NCBI GenBank assembly: GCA_964426185.1
Contig: CAYRPF010000030.1
Span: 1 to 32,000 of the forward strand
Length of the DNA: 32,000 nucleotides
Origin: an uncultured archaeon
GTDB taxonomy: Archaea > Asgardarchaeota > Lokiarchaeia > Sigyniarchaeales > Promethearchaeaceae
Direction: 5' to 3'
The translations under genes were made by a program, and so were the position numbers. This document shows, piece after piece, positions 23,222 through 32,000 of the stretch (its first letter is position 1; each line of letters starts with the position of its first letter). The notes beneath the pieces were generated by a model. That model was not told the origin of the DNA, did no database searches, and saw only the letters and a list, made by a program, of their open reading frames with translations.

Positions 23222-25591
23222 ATGAGTTTAACTACATCGGACGAACTTCAAAAACAGCTGACTGTAATATTTGGATATACAGGTTTTCAGCAGATTGAGG
23301 CTGGAGAAATTAGAGGGATAGGAAAACTTTCCCGTCATCATTCTATTGGATTAATAAAAAACATTTTAGAATTTTTGAGCGGATTTAATGGAATGTTGCA
23401 AGAATTTGCAGGCTGTGAATTATTTTCCATAGAGTTTGAACTGTTAACTAATCAGCAACAAGCTAAAACTCGACTTTTACCCAAGTCTATGTTGTTTATT
23501 CCTGGATTCTATAAAGAAACAGTTTCCTTATTATTATTATTAGCTCCTCAATTAAGTTTATTAGATAATCAAAAACCAAAAAAAAGTATTAACCAAATCA
23601 GCCAACTACTTCATGAAATAGAAGAAGCGGTTGATATTCCTGAATTAAACCTAGAAAAACGACGATATATCATTCAAAAATTCTCTAGTCGATTTACTTC
23701 TAAAATTCAAGCAGAAGCAATAGAAGCAAATTGGAATAGAAAAATGGTAGGATTGAAAGAAGAAGAAAAAATAACCCCATATTTAAATATGAACTTAGAA
23801 TTTATTCGTAATTGGAAAGAAAAAAAAGTGGAAATTCTTAACCCTAGATTTGGGTATCCTCGACTACGGTTATCCGAAAATCAGAAAGATGAATTCTCTA
23901 AATATTCTATTAATTCTAGTATTGCATATATTATAGCCCAACAATCATTTCTTCTCGGACACGATCTTCTTAGTGCAGCTAACACAGGAACCACAGATGA
24001 TACACAAAAACAAATCCTTACGCTTATATTAAATATCTTTTTGAAAAACATTGAGAAACCTGATAAAATGGTTGATTTAGATTTATTCATTCACTTATGG
24101 GACAAATACCTAAAGAAAATCGAAGAATGGAAAGATATTTTTAGAGATAGATACCAAAAATATATTTCCTTAATAGTAAACAAATCTTTTGACGAAATTG
24201 AAAGCGATTACAATCGACGAAATAAATTTCTTGAGACTAATTTGCCCATAGATCTATTTATAAATAAAATGGGTAAAATCGTAATTCAAAATATAAAGGA
24301 TAATCGTTATGATATTAAATCTTATCAAAAATTACGTTTAGGAGATTTCCAAGCACCATTTTTAGTAATATTGGAAAATCTGAATATTGTAATTAATAAA
24401 ATAAAAAAAACCTACAAAGAATACATTCAAATATATTATTTTGATGAAATGGTTAATCGCTTAATGGAGGAATTAGAAAAAAATCTTTTATCTATAAAAA
24501 ATGAATCAACGATATATATTGGAAAAAAAATTTTAGTGTATCTGAAAAATTATTTGCATATTCAATTTGGTTTAAAATTCAGACTTATTTCCGTGCGAAG
24601 TCAAGCCCATCTTTTGTTAGAATTTAAAAGACTTCTTAAGGATATGATTGAACCATTCATTCAAACATTTTCCATTAATATCAAAGATCTATTAGACTAT
24701 TGTGAATTTTGTTTTAAATCAAATCCTGAATATAAATTATATATAACAAAATTGCATTCGTTTCAAGAAGAAATTGAGTTTATATGGGGTTTTATTCTGC
24801 GGAATTCTACTTTACAGAGATTTTTAAAAAAATTTCCTAATGATAAGGATTTTACTCCCCAAAACTTCGGAGAGGAATTTATTCAGTTTTTGACTAAACA
24901 TAGAACAATTATCTATAATTTACAATGGCGTGAAGTATTTTTCACATATATCCGTGATTTTGTGATTCGATACCAAAATGAATATGAAATTTCTCTTGGA
25001 AATGGGGAAAAATGGCCAAAAAACAAAATTTTATCTATGTTTATGGAATATATCAGCAATAGAGTAAAAAAAGATACAAGTATTGATGGATTTATCGAGC
25101 CTATGAAAAATTATATTGACAAAATTGCTCTCTCAAATGTTCAATATAAGAATTTAGTTGAAATATATCATAAATATATCGAAGGCTTAGAAATTGTGAA
25201 TGAATTCCCAGATTTTCTACGTCAAATTTTTTATATTTCCATTGAATCATTTATTAAATTTTCTTATTCATATCCTATTAAGAAAATCATTGGACCATTG
25301 CGATCAACAGAAGAAATATTGACTTATGATCTTCAGGACATGAAAGAAGATTTTAGAAAGGAGAAATCATTTTATGGCTTTATAGTTGAAGAAGAGATGA
25401 AATATTTCAGCTCCTTGCTGGCTTTTCCAAAGACTCTTCTTCTTAAATCTAGTGAACCTATTGCTTCATCTAATCTAAAAATTGATCATATCATCGATTT
25501 TCAAATTTTAAAGGAGAAATTTATCAAAGTATCAATTTCAACTAATTTTGATAAAATTTCACCCTTCCTTGGAGGTGAAAAAAATGTCTGA
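23222..25591 (+). CDS. Large hypothetical, mostly alpha-helical protein (789 aa)
   Basis: Long ORF. ATG 23222 lies ~27 nt after a TTATAA box (23190-23195) and is preferred over GTG 23141. Confidence 0.85.
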   Translation: MSLTTSDELQKQLTVIFGYTGFQQIEAGEIRGIGKLSRHHSIGLIKNILEFLSGFNGMLQEFAGCELFSIEFELLTNQQQAKTRLLPKSMLFIPGFYKETVSLLLLLAPQLSLLDNQKPKKSINQISQLLHEIEEAVDIPELNLEKRRYIIQKFSSRFTSKIQAEAIEANWNRKMVGLKEEEKITPYLNMNLEFIRNWKEKKVEILNPRFGYPRLRLSENQKDEFSKYSINSSIAYIIAQQSFLLGHDLLSAANTGTTDDTQKQILTLILNIFLKNIEKPDKMVDLDLFIHLWDKYLKKIEEWKDIFRDRYQKYISLIVNKSFDEIESDYNRRNKFLETNLPIDLFINKMGKIVIQNIKDNRYDIKSYQKLRLGDFQAPFLVILENLNIVINKIKKTYKEYIQIYYFDEMVNRLMEELEKNLLSIKNESTIYIGKKILVYLKNYLHIQFGLKFRLISVRSQAHLLLEFKRLLKDMIEPFIQTFSINIKDLLDYCEFCFKSNPEYKLYITKLHSFQEEIEFIWGFILRNSTLQRFLKKFPNDKDFTPQNFGEEFIQFLTKHRTIIYNLQWREVFFTYIRDFVIRYQNEYEISLGNGEKWPKNKILSMFMEYISNRVKKDTSIDGFIEPMKNYIDKIALSNVQYKNLVEIYHKYIEGLEIVNEFPDFLRQIFYISIESFIKFSYSYPIKKIIGPLRSTEEILTYDLQDMKEDFRKEKSFYGFIVEEEMKYFSSLLAFPKTLLLKSSEPIASSNLKIDHIIDFQILKEKFIKVSISTNFDKISPFLGGEKNV
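25571..25578 (+). promoter_or_regulatory. Shine-Dalgarno sequence
   Basis: GGAGGTGA, 5 nt before ATG 25584. Confidence 0.8.
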
Positions 25592-28031
25592 TAGATCAGT
25601 AATTATTCCTTCTTCGACAGCAGAGGAAAGTGCTCAAAAATATTTTCAAACTATTCAATTGTTATTAACTAGGTTTAAAAGATCGTCAAATAGACATGAA
25701 ATCTACAAGTTAACCGGTGAGAGGACTACATTATCAAACTTATTAGCTGGTGCTTGTGCGATACAATGTTTTCATTATCTTGGAATTCGAACACAATCCA
25801 AAGAAACAATGATCTCGCGAGAATCTCAAGAAAATCTCCAAGAAATTCAAGAAAAACAAGAATTATTTCATGAAATCTCTCTCTTATTCAACAATATGCT
25901 TGATAACGAATTAAACATTCTTCTATCTTTTAGCAATTTTGAATCTCAAATTCTTGAAAACCTACTAAATCAAGCTGGATTGCTTGATTACAAAATAAAT
26001 TCTCATGAACGCGAACATGCCAGAGATTTTCTTTTTGAAACCCTCCAAATATATCCAGATATTATCTGGTTAGATATAATTGGAAAATATCTAGGCTTAA
26101 CTACCACAATTAGAGTATCTATTTCACAAACAAGAGCCAAAATTAGACCCACTTCCATAGATTTGGAGAAAGAATTGATAAGTGAAACGGGACATGATAA
26201 ATATATTGAGTTATCTACTGTTCAAATTCTTTATCATCGATTATTGAAAAATTATAATCTAAAATCTTTAAAAGAAATACGATTAAATCCAACTCTTTTA
26301 GAAAAAATTTTGACTGATATTCTAAAATTTCAAAAAGCTAACTTACCAGATACTAAAGAAGAACTTTACCAATATTTGATTGGTCTTAGATTTAGAATTG
26401 CATTTTTCAAGAAATTACAACAAGCTAACTCAACAAAAATTAAATTCGAAAGGTTAGAAAAAACACTCATAGAATGGATTATTCAGCAGTTAAAGGAAAA
26501 AGCAGTAAACAATATAGATAATTTTAGAATTTTTCTTGAAAAAATCTTGGAATTCAATCCTACACAATTAAAATCTCTCTTTTCTCAATATGGATTTAAT
26601 GATTATCGCTTTTTTGGAGAAATCCAAACAATTAACGTCCAAGAATTTTTACAAGCCGCTTCTTTGAATCAGCTTACTAAGGAAGATTTTCTTCAATTTA
26701 ATAAATATGTAGAAATTCTTGATAAAATACAAAAATTAGTGGATGAGATTCATCAAAAAAACCAACTTAAAGGAACTAAATCAATTACCAAAATATTACA
26801 GGAAAATGACGAATTTGAGTTAGGAATTTTGCAACAAGCTTGTGATTTCATAAATATTGATTTAAATTATCTGAAATCTATTTTTCTGAAAAAATTGATT
26901 ATTTCTTCATCGATTCAGCCGAAATTTCCATTAAGTGGAGAAATTGAAAATTATGCACTTCTATTTGATATCGACCATATAAATTACCAGATCGCTGAAG
27001 ATGTTTTCTTCAATTTATTTTCTAACATAATTATACAAATCGCTAGGATTTATGAAACTTATGTTAAAGTAAAGAAAGATAAAAGTATAATTCTATTAGG
27101 GCTTAAACGAATCTTTGATTCAACTGAAGAAGAAGATTGGATAAGAGTTAAAATTGAAGAACTAATTATTCAGCGTTTGATGCACCGACAGGAAGAATTG
27201 ACTTTTATTTTTGATGCTCAAAATGATTGTTTTTTTGTCAATGCCTTTATTTTAGCGCGTTTTTTTGATTCAACTTTACAACGTGAACTAAAATCACTTA
27301 GTGAAGAACCCGCATTTTTCTATTCAGAAGTTGGGCAAATTCCATTGAAAAAAGCGCTCTTTTCCCCACATTCTTATGTAATTGCTTATGAAATCTTAGA
27401 ACGCTTTAAATCTTCACGAATTTCAATCCGAAAAGAACGGGAAGAAATTTTGGAAAAAAAGAAGAAAAAAGATAAGAAAAAGAGAGAGAAAATCAGTAGT
27501 GAACAGCAATTAAACACTTTCAACTGGATTGAGAAAAAAATCACCAGTGCTTTAATCTCAGTTTCAGCAGTGTCTGTAAATCCTACATCCATTTATTGGA
27601 CAGAGAAAGACAATCGACTCTCGCTAGAGAGTTTATTAATACATGCAAAATTAACTCACCGGAAAATTTGCAGTGAATGCGGAAAAGATACAACCACAAG
27701 TCTGTGCGAAGACCATCCGTCAAGTAGTATTGATGCAACTCCAATGGATTTAGTTTCTCAATATTATCATTTTGCTATTTCAAGAATTAAAGAATTATAT
27801 CCATCCATGAAATATCCAAAATATGCAGAAATTTTCAAACAAGTGCAAGAGATGATGAATCAAACCATGTCTGCAAGGCTAAATCAACAAATTACCAGAG
27901 AATTATCAACAAGTGTACTTGATGGTGAATTGCGAGATGTAGCCGCTCAAATTGTTAAAAAAATTGGTAAAATTCTCGATAAAGCAATTTATAAGAAATT
28001 TAAAGAAAACCTTCGTAAAAAACGCACTTGA
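25584..28031 (+). CDS. Large hypothetical helical protein (815 aa) with poly-Lys stretch and CxxC-x8-CxxH zinc motif
   Basis: SD-supported ATG overlapping the upstream stop by 8 nt; 'KKKKKDKKKREK'; 'CSECGKDTTTSLCEDH'. Confidence 0.85.
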   Translation: MSDRSVIIPSSTAEESAQKYFQTIQLLLTRFKRSSNRHEIYKLTGERTTLSNLLAGACAIQCFHYLGIRTQSKETMISRESQENLQEIQEKQELFHEISLLFNNMLDNELNILLSFSNFESQILENLLNQAGLLDYKINSHEREHARDFLFETLQIYPDIIWLDIIGKYLGLTTTIRVSISQTRAKIRPTSIDLEKELISETGHDKYIELSTVQILYHRLLKNYNLKSLKEIRLNPTLLEKILTDILKFQKANLPDTKEELYQYLIGLRFRIAFFKKLQQANSTKIKFERLEKTLIEWIIQQLKEKAVNNIDNFRIFLEKILEFNPTQLKSLFSQYGFNDYRFFGEIQTINVQEFLQAASLNQLTKEDFLQFNKYVEILDKIQKLVDEIHQKNQLKGTKSITKILQENDEFELGILQQACDFINIDLNYLKSIFLKKLIISSSIQPKFPLSGEIENYALLFDIDHINYQIAEDVFFNLFSNIIIQIARIYETYVKVKKDKSIILLGLKRIFDSTEEEDWIRVKIEELIIQRLMHRQEELTFIFDAQNDCFFVNAFILARFFDSTLQRELKSLSEEPAFFYSEVGQIPLKKALFSPHSYVIAYEILERFKSSRISIRKEREEILEKKKKKDKKKREKISSEQQLNTFNWIEKKITSALISVSAVSVNPTSIYWTEKDNRLSLESLLIHAKLTHRKICSECGKDTTTSLCEDHPSSSIDATPMDLVSQYYHFAISRIKELYPSMKYPKYAEIFKQVQEMMNQTMSARLNQQITRELSTSVLDGELRDVAAQIVKKIGKILDKAIYKKFKENLRKKRT

Positions 28032-28070
28032 TTTTTCTATTTATTATTTTTTCGTTTTTATTCAAATTTT

Positions 28071-28685
28071 TCAATGTTTCTGAAATTTTGGAATAAACAT
28101 TCCAACATTTTCTTGATACTTCTTAAATTTTTGACCAAAAATTAGAATTAATCGTTCTTCTTCATATTTAGCTATTTTATAATAGGGATAGATACCAGTT
28201 ACTAAAGATACAAGCCATAGATTTAATGTAATTAATGGTAATCCCACAAATCCTGTGATATAAAGAAAATATTCGGGATGTCGAATAATATTATAACCCC
28301 AAGTAGTTATTAATTTAGGAGAATCGTAATTTAAATATAAACCACGCGCTAAACGGCCAGAAGCAGCCAATATTAATCCTATAGTCATCAATATCATTCC
28401 AAAAATGCGAATTATATCAAAGATAAAGCTGTTTTGTGAAAAAGTTGAATAGATATTAGTATGCTTTATCAAAGCAATAATTGGAGTGATATAGATATAA
28501 AAAATAAATATAAAGGATGCAAAAATATAGAAAAAACCCTCCCAAATTTTTTCAAAAGGTGGACCAGGATAATGAATTCGCTTTTTTCGACAAAGCATTA
28601 TAATATCCAAAGGGAAATGAGATAAAATATAAACACCATCATATGAAATTAAAAACACCGTAATTATCTTCCACCATAAAACCAT
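28071..28685 (-). CDS. Isoprenylcysteine carboxylmethyltransferase/PEMT family membrane methyltransferase
   Basis: TM helices plus 'LITTWGYNIIRHPEY' and 'EEERLILIFGQKFKKYQENVGMFIP'. Confidence 0.88.
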   Translation of the reverse strand: MVLWWKIITVFLISYDGVYILSHFPLDIIMLCRKKRIHYPGPPFEKIWEGFFYIFASFIFIFYIYITPIIALIKHTNIYSTFSQNSFIFDIIRIFGMILMTIGLILAASGRLARGLYLNYDSPKLITTWGYNIIRHPEYFLYITGFVGLPLITLNLWLVSLVTGIYPYYKIAKYEEERLILIFGQKFKKYQENVGMFIPKFQKH

Positions 28686-28787
28686 ATAACATCTATCGAC
28701 TTTGAAGTTAAAAATTCATCTATAAAGGGGCTGCAGAACTTCAACCTTTAACCTTCAGTAACTAATAGTATTTATTGGTGTTGAAAT

Positions 28788-31343
28788 ATGCGAAAAAAAA
28801 ATAAGTTTAGAAGACTTTCCATTTTGAGTATTTTTACATTTTTTGGGATTATTCTTTCAAGCTTTCTCTTGATTAATATCAATAATACAATTTTTTTAGA
28901 TAATGGAATGAATAACTGGTCAAAAGAAAACATCTTAGAAGATGAATCTTTTATTCACGAACCTAAATTCCAATCCTTGCATTTATCACAATCTGAAGAG
29001 AGTAATTCGAATGAAGTTCCTTCATCAAGTTATGTTATCATTACTACAAATAATATTCGCTCGAATAGTCAAATATTAGATGACTTTGTGCAATTCAAGA
29101 ACGCGTGTGGTTTTAAAGTAATTATTTTAACCGAAGATGATTTTGGGAACGATACTGGAAAAGCTCGAGCCATAAATATTCGAAATTGGTTAAAAAATAA
29201 ATATCAAAGTGAAAATATCAAGTATGTTCTTTTAATCGGGGATCCTGATCCTGATAATGATGATATATCTGATGATAGTATAGGCGATATTCCAATGATG
29301 ATGTGCTGGCCTCTGAATAATGGCACCGGAGATGATTATAGCTATGAAGAATCGCCTACTGATTACTTTTATGCAGATTTAACAGGTGATTGGGATTCTG
29401 ATGGGGATAATTATTACGGGGAATTTGGGTACGGCCATTATGAGAATCCAGAAGATGCTGGGGTTGATTTCGCTGCTGAAGTAATGGTTGGGCGCATTCC
29501 AGTATATAATAACGATTATTCAACACTGGATTTCATTTTAAACAAAACGATTTATCACCACCAATCAACTGGGATGGAAAAATATCGAATTTTAGAACCA
29601 ATGGCTATCTCGAACTATGATGATGAAGATGGCATTCCAGATTATGATCGAGTTGATGGACGAGATTTACCAGAAGCATTATGGAACAGCACCATTAGTC
29701 ATCTAAATATAAATGACACTGTTTTATACGAGGCATCAGGTTTGAACCCTGTAGATGAGTCAGCTTTTCATTATTCTTTACCTCTAACCCGAAATAATGT
29801 AATCAACGAAATAAATTCAGGATATGGAGCAATTATTTGGTGGGGGCATGGAAGTGAAACTGGAGCATACCGAAAATACTGGGATGATTCTAAAGAAGAT
29901 GGGGATGGAATTCCTGAAAAAGATGAAATGAATTGGTTAACTTTTCTTGAATCTAATGATTTATCTTCAATTGATTCCAATAATTCCGCATTTATTTTTC
30001 AAATTTCATGTAGTAATGGATACCCCGAAAATCCGAATAATTTAGGATATTCTCTTCTTGAATCTGGTGTGGGAATCTCAACAATATCGTCTTCTCGCGT
30101 TAGCTGGTATGGAACCGCGCCTTGGGAACCTGATTTTTATGAAAATTACACCGACAACGCGGGATTAGGTTATGCATATATGCACAATTTATTATATGAA
30201 AATATGTCAGCTGGCCAAGCATTAGCCGTTGCTAAGGAATTCGGAGGGGAAGATTGGGGAGGGCATAGTTGGATGAATAAAATGGATTTTAATCTTTACG
30301 GAGATCCTCATTTAAAATATTGGAGTTCTGCTGTTCCAGATATTCCTATTCTTCAATCACCCTTAAATGAAAGTATAATTTATTCTTCTGATGTAAAATT
30401 GACCATTAAGGTGGAAGATCTGGATAGTCCATTACTGAATGTCACCTTCTTTAATGCTTCTGATAATTCGATTATTGGTTGGGATTTAAACGTTCCCTCT
30501 GGTCAAAATGCAACTATTTGGTGGAAAAATCTTACAAAAAATACCACTTATCAATGGTATGCAATTGTTTCAGATGGACAGACTTTTCAAAAAAGCAGCA
30601 AATGGTCGTTCAAAATTGCTGGAAATATTACTCCAATTATATTGTCTGTGTCACCCATTAATGATCGTAGAGAGCAGGTAGATTTCGTGGAATTAGATAT
30701 TGGAGTTTTTGATGAAGATCACGATAATCTGACTATTAGGTTTTATAACGCGGCTAGTGATAATCTTCTTGGGATATCAGATATAATTGGTGGTAACGGG
30801 TGTGCCACCTTTCTTTGGGACGATCTTTTATGGAATAGTCAATATTCATGGTATTTCACAGTAGAAGATGGGCATTATTTAGTAAATTCAAGCGTTTTTG
30901 TTTTTTATACTGATTATTTACCTGAAATCATGTCTGTTCCAACACCTAGCAATGGTGATGTTTTTGAAAATACCAAAGTTAGATTAGCATTAGATATTTT
31001 TGATGAAGATTTAAGTCCTTTGACTATATATTTTCATGATAATGTATCACATCAGCTATTAGGAGCAGTAAACCTAACTATGGGAAATGGAACGGCAGAA
31101 TTTCTTTGGCAGGGTTTAACCTATAATACAAATTATAGTTGGTATGTTGAAGTTGATGATGGGATTGTAACTATTCAATCTGAAATTTGGTGGTTCCAAA
31201 TTGGACCAGATCCTAACGTAGATACAAATTCCTATGAAAATGGCCGGATTTTAGAAATTGCAGCTTTTTCCCCCTTCTTTATTATTTTGAGTTTTAATCT
31301 CGGAGTGATAATAGTAGTGTATCACAAGTTGAAAAGAGATTAG
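28788..31343 (+). CDS. Peptidase C25 (gingipain-like) surface protein with three Ig/FnIII-like repeats and C-terminal TM anchor
   Basis: Signal/TM N-terminus; 'YVIIT', 'KYVLLIGD', 'PTDYFYADL', 'VGRIPV', catalytic 'GHGS' (H354) and 'ISCSNG' (C408), 'NLYGDP'; three ~95-aa repeats; TM + KLKRD. Confidence 0.9.
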   Translation: MRKKNKFRRLSILSIFTFFGIILSSFLLININNTIFLDNGMNNWSKENILEDESFIHEPKFQSLHLSQSEESNSNEVPSSSYVIITTNNIRSNSQILDDFVQFKNACGFKVIILTEDDFGNDTGKARAINIRNWLKNKYQSENIKYVLLIGDPDPDNDDISDDSIGDIPMMMCWPLNNGTGDDYSYEESPTDYFYADLTGDWDSDGDNYYGEFGYGHYENPEDAGVDFAAEVMVGRIPVYNNDYSTLDFILNKTIYHHQSTGMEKYRILEPMAISNYDDEDGIPDYDRVDGRDLPEALWNSTISHLNINDTVLYEASGLNPVDESAFHYSLPLTRNNVINEINSGYGAIIWWGHGSETGAYRKYWDDSKEDGDGIPEKDEMNWLTFLESNDLSSIDSNNSAFIFQISCSNGYPENPNNLGYSLLESGVGISTISSSRVSWYGTAPWEPDFYENYTDNAGLGYAYMHNLLYENMSAGQALAVAKEFGGEDWGGHSWMNKMDFNLYGDPHLKYWSSAVPDIPILQSPLNESIIYSSDVKLTIKVEDLDSPLLNVTFFNASDNSIIGWDLNVPSGQNATIWWKNLTKNTTYQWYAIVSDGQTFQKSSKWSFKIAGNITPIILSVSPINDRREQVDFVELDIGVFDEDHDNLTIRFYNAASDNLLGISDIIGGNGCATFLWDDLLWNSQYSWYFTVEDGHYLVNSSVFVFYTDYLPEIMSVPTPSNGDVFENTKVRLALDIFDEDLSPLTIYFHDNVSHQLLGAVNLTMGNGTAEFLWQGLTYNTNYSWYVEVDDGIVTIQSEIWWFQIGPDPNVDTNSYENGRILEIAAFSPFFIILSFNLGVIIVVYHKLKRD

Positions 31344-31389
31344 ATATTTTTTCGTGACATTTTTTTATTTTCCTTCTCATATTGTATTT

Positions 31390-31617
31390 TTAGCGAATAT
31401 AATCAAGTATTCTACCAAGTCTTCTTAATCTTACATTTGTCTCTCCACGAAATCGGAAAATAGAATGAGTTGTATAGAAAAATAAGGGGTTCTCAGAAAG
31501 TTTAAATCGCGATCTACCGCTATAATACCCCATATCTATTGAATTTTGCAGTGCATTCTGCACACCAGAATCTTTAAATTCATGCTGAAAATATTCCGAA
31601 TTATTGAATAGAACCAT
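31390..31617 (-). CDS. Doubtful small ORF or gene fragment
   Basis: 75-aa ORF in an otherwise empty gap; no motif recognised. Confidence 0.25.
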   Translation of the reverse strand: MVLFNNSEYFQHEFKDSGVQNALQNSIDMGYYSGRSRFKLSENPLFFYTTHSIFRFRGETNVRLRRLGRILDYIR

Positions 31618-31813
31618 TAGATTGCATTTATAAGATGGTTTTCACCGCCTTATTCGAAAATCCCAATATCTAAATGGTAAAATTGAAGTGGAAAATTAAA
31701 AAATGGAAATTTATCTCTAAAGATGGGCACTACCCCTCAGGTTAAAATTTTTTTCTCAATTTTTTGTGCGAGAAAATTTTTAATAAACGTTCCTTTTGCA
31801 AAACTCGATAAGA

Positions 31814-32000
31814 ATGGCCGATTTAAAAAATACGACCTATAGGTTCAAAGGAATTCTCGCGGGATTACTACTAATCATAGCCCCAATTATTGGAGTTTTA
31901 CTCAGAATTCAAGGTTCCAATGGGTGGGTGATAGGAACAGTTGTTGCGGGTTTAAATATTATTATTTTCATAGGATTAGGCTTTTATCTCCGAAAAGATT
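31814..32000 (+). CDS. Membrane protein, N-terminal part (runs off the window)
   Basis: Read manually: MADLKNTTYRFKGILAGLLLIIAPIIGVLLRIQGSNGWVIGTVVAGLNIIIFIGLGFYLRKD..., open to the window end with two TM-like stretches. Confidence 0.7.
   Translation, partial: MADLKNTTYRFKGILAGLLLIIAPIIGVLLRIQGSNGWVIGTVVAGLNIIIFIGLGFYLRKD

Noticed and set aside
17223-28685. Eukaryote-like CaaX prenylation pathway (isoprenoid kinase + ICMT-like + small GTPase)
   Set aside because: The GTPase ends VPEL with no Cys, no prenyltransferase is present, and both families are widespread in prokaryotes with other substrates.
157-30661. Numerous 60-111 aa ORFs antisense to or nested within longer genes (e.g. 157, 1593, 1727, 3074, 3383, 5044, 6437, 8306, 12597, 12976, 14341, 15569, 17192, 19153, 23881, 27386, 29771, 30479)
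   Set aside because: Shadow ORFs overlapping well-supported genes, with no motifs.

Overview
AT-rich archaeal chromosomal window. Gene content points to an Asgard archaeon, most likely Lokiarchaeia (inference): a roadblock/LC7 protein, an MglA-like small GTPase, a longin/uDENN protein and a Loki-CTERM-like anchored surface protein sit among archaeal housekeeping genes (TFB, L15e-DUF54-Rpp30-Pop5, SerRS, Sua5, Ino1, parvulin). No transposase, integrase, rRNA or CRISPR array was seen. Main observations: (1) a longin + winged-helix protein keeps the 'ARG' arginine-finger motif of FLCN/SMCR8/NPRL2, while the nearby MglA-like GTPase lacks MglA's intrinsic arginine finger, suggesting a trans-acting GAP module with the roadblock protein; (2) a tRNA-Arg(UCU) carries a 27-nt D-loop intron with a clear bulge-helix-bulge; (3) a ~150-nt intergenic element with nested and alternative stems is a candidate novel RNA; (4) a divergent RHH/wHTH regulator pair has two distinct operator-like repeat families; (5) there are two paralogous coiled-coil + catalytically dead PLD-fold proteins; (6) there is a coupled pair of ~800-aa unknown helical proteins. 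All family calls were made by eye from motifs; no searches were run.
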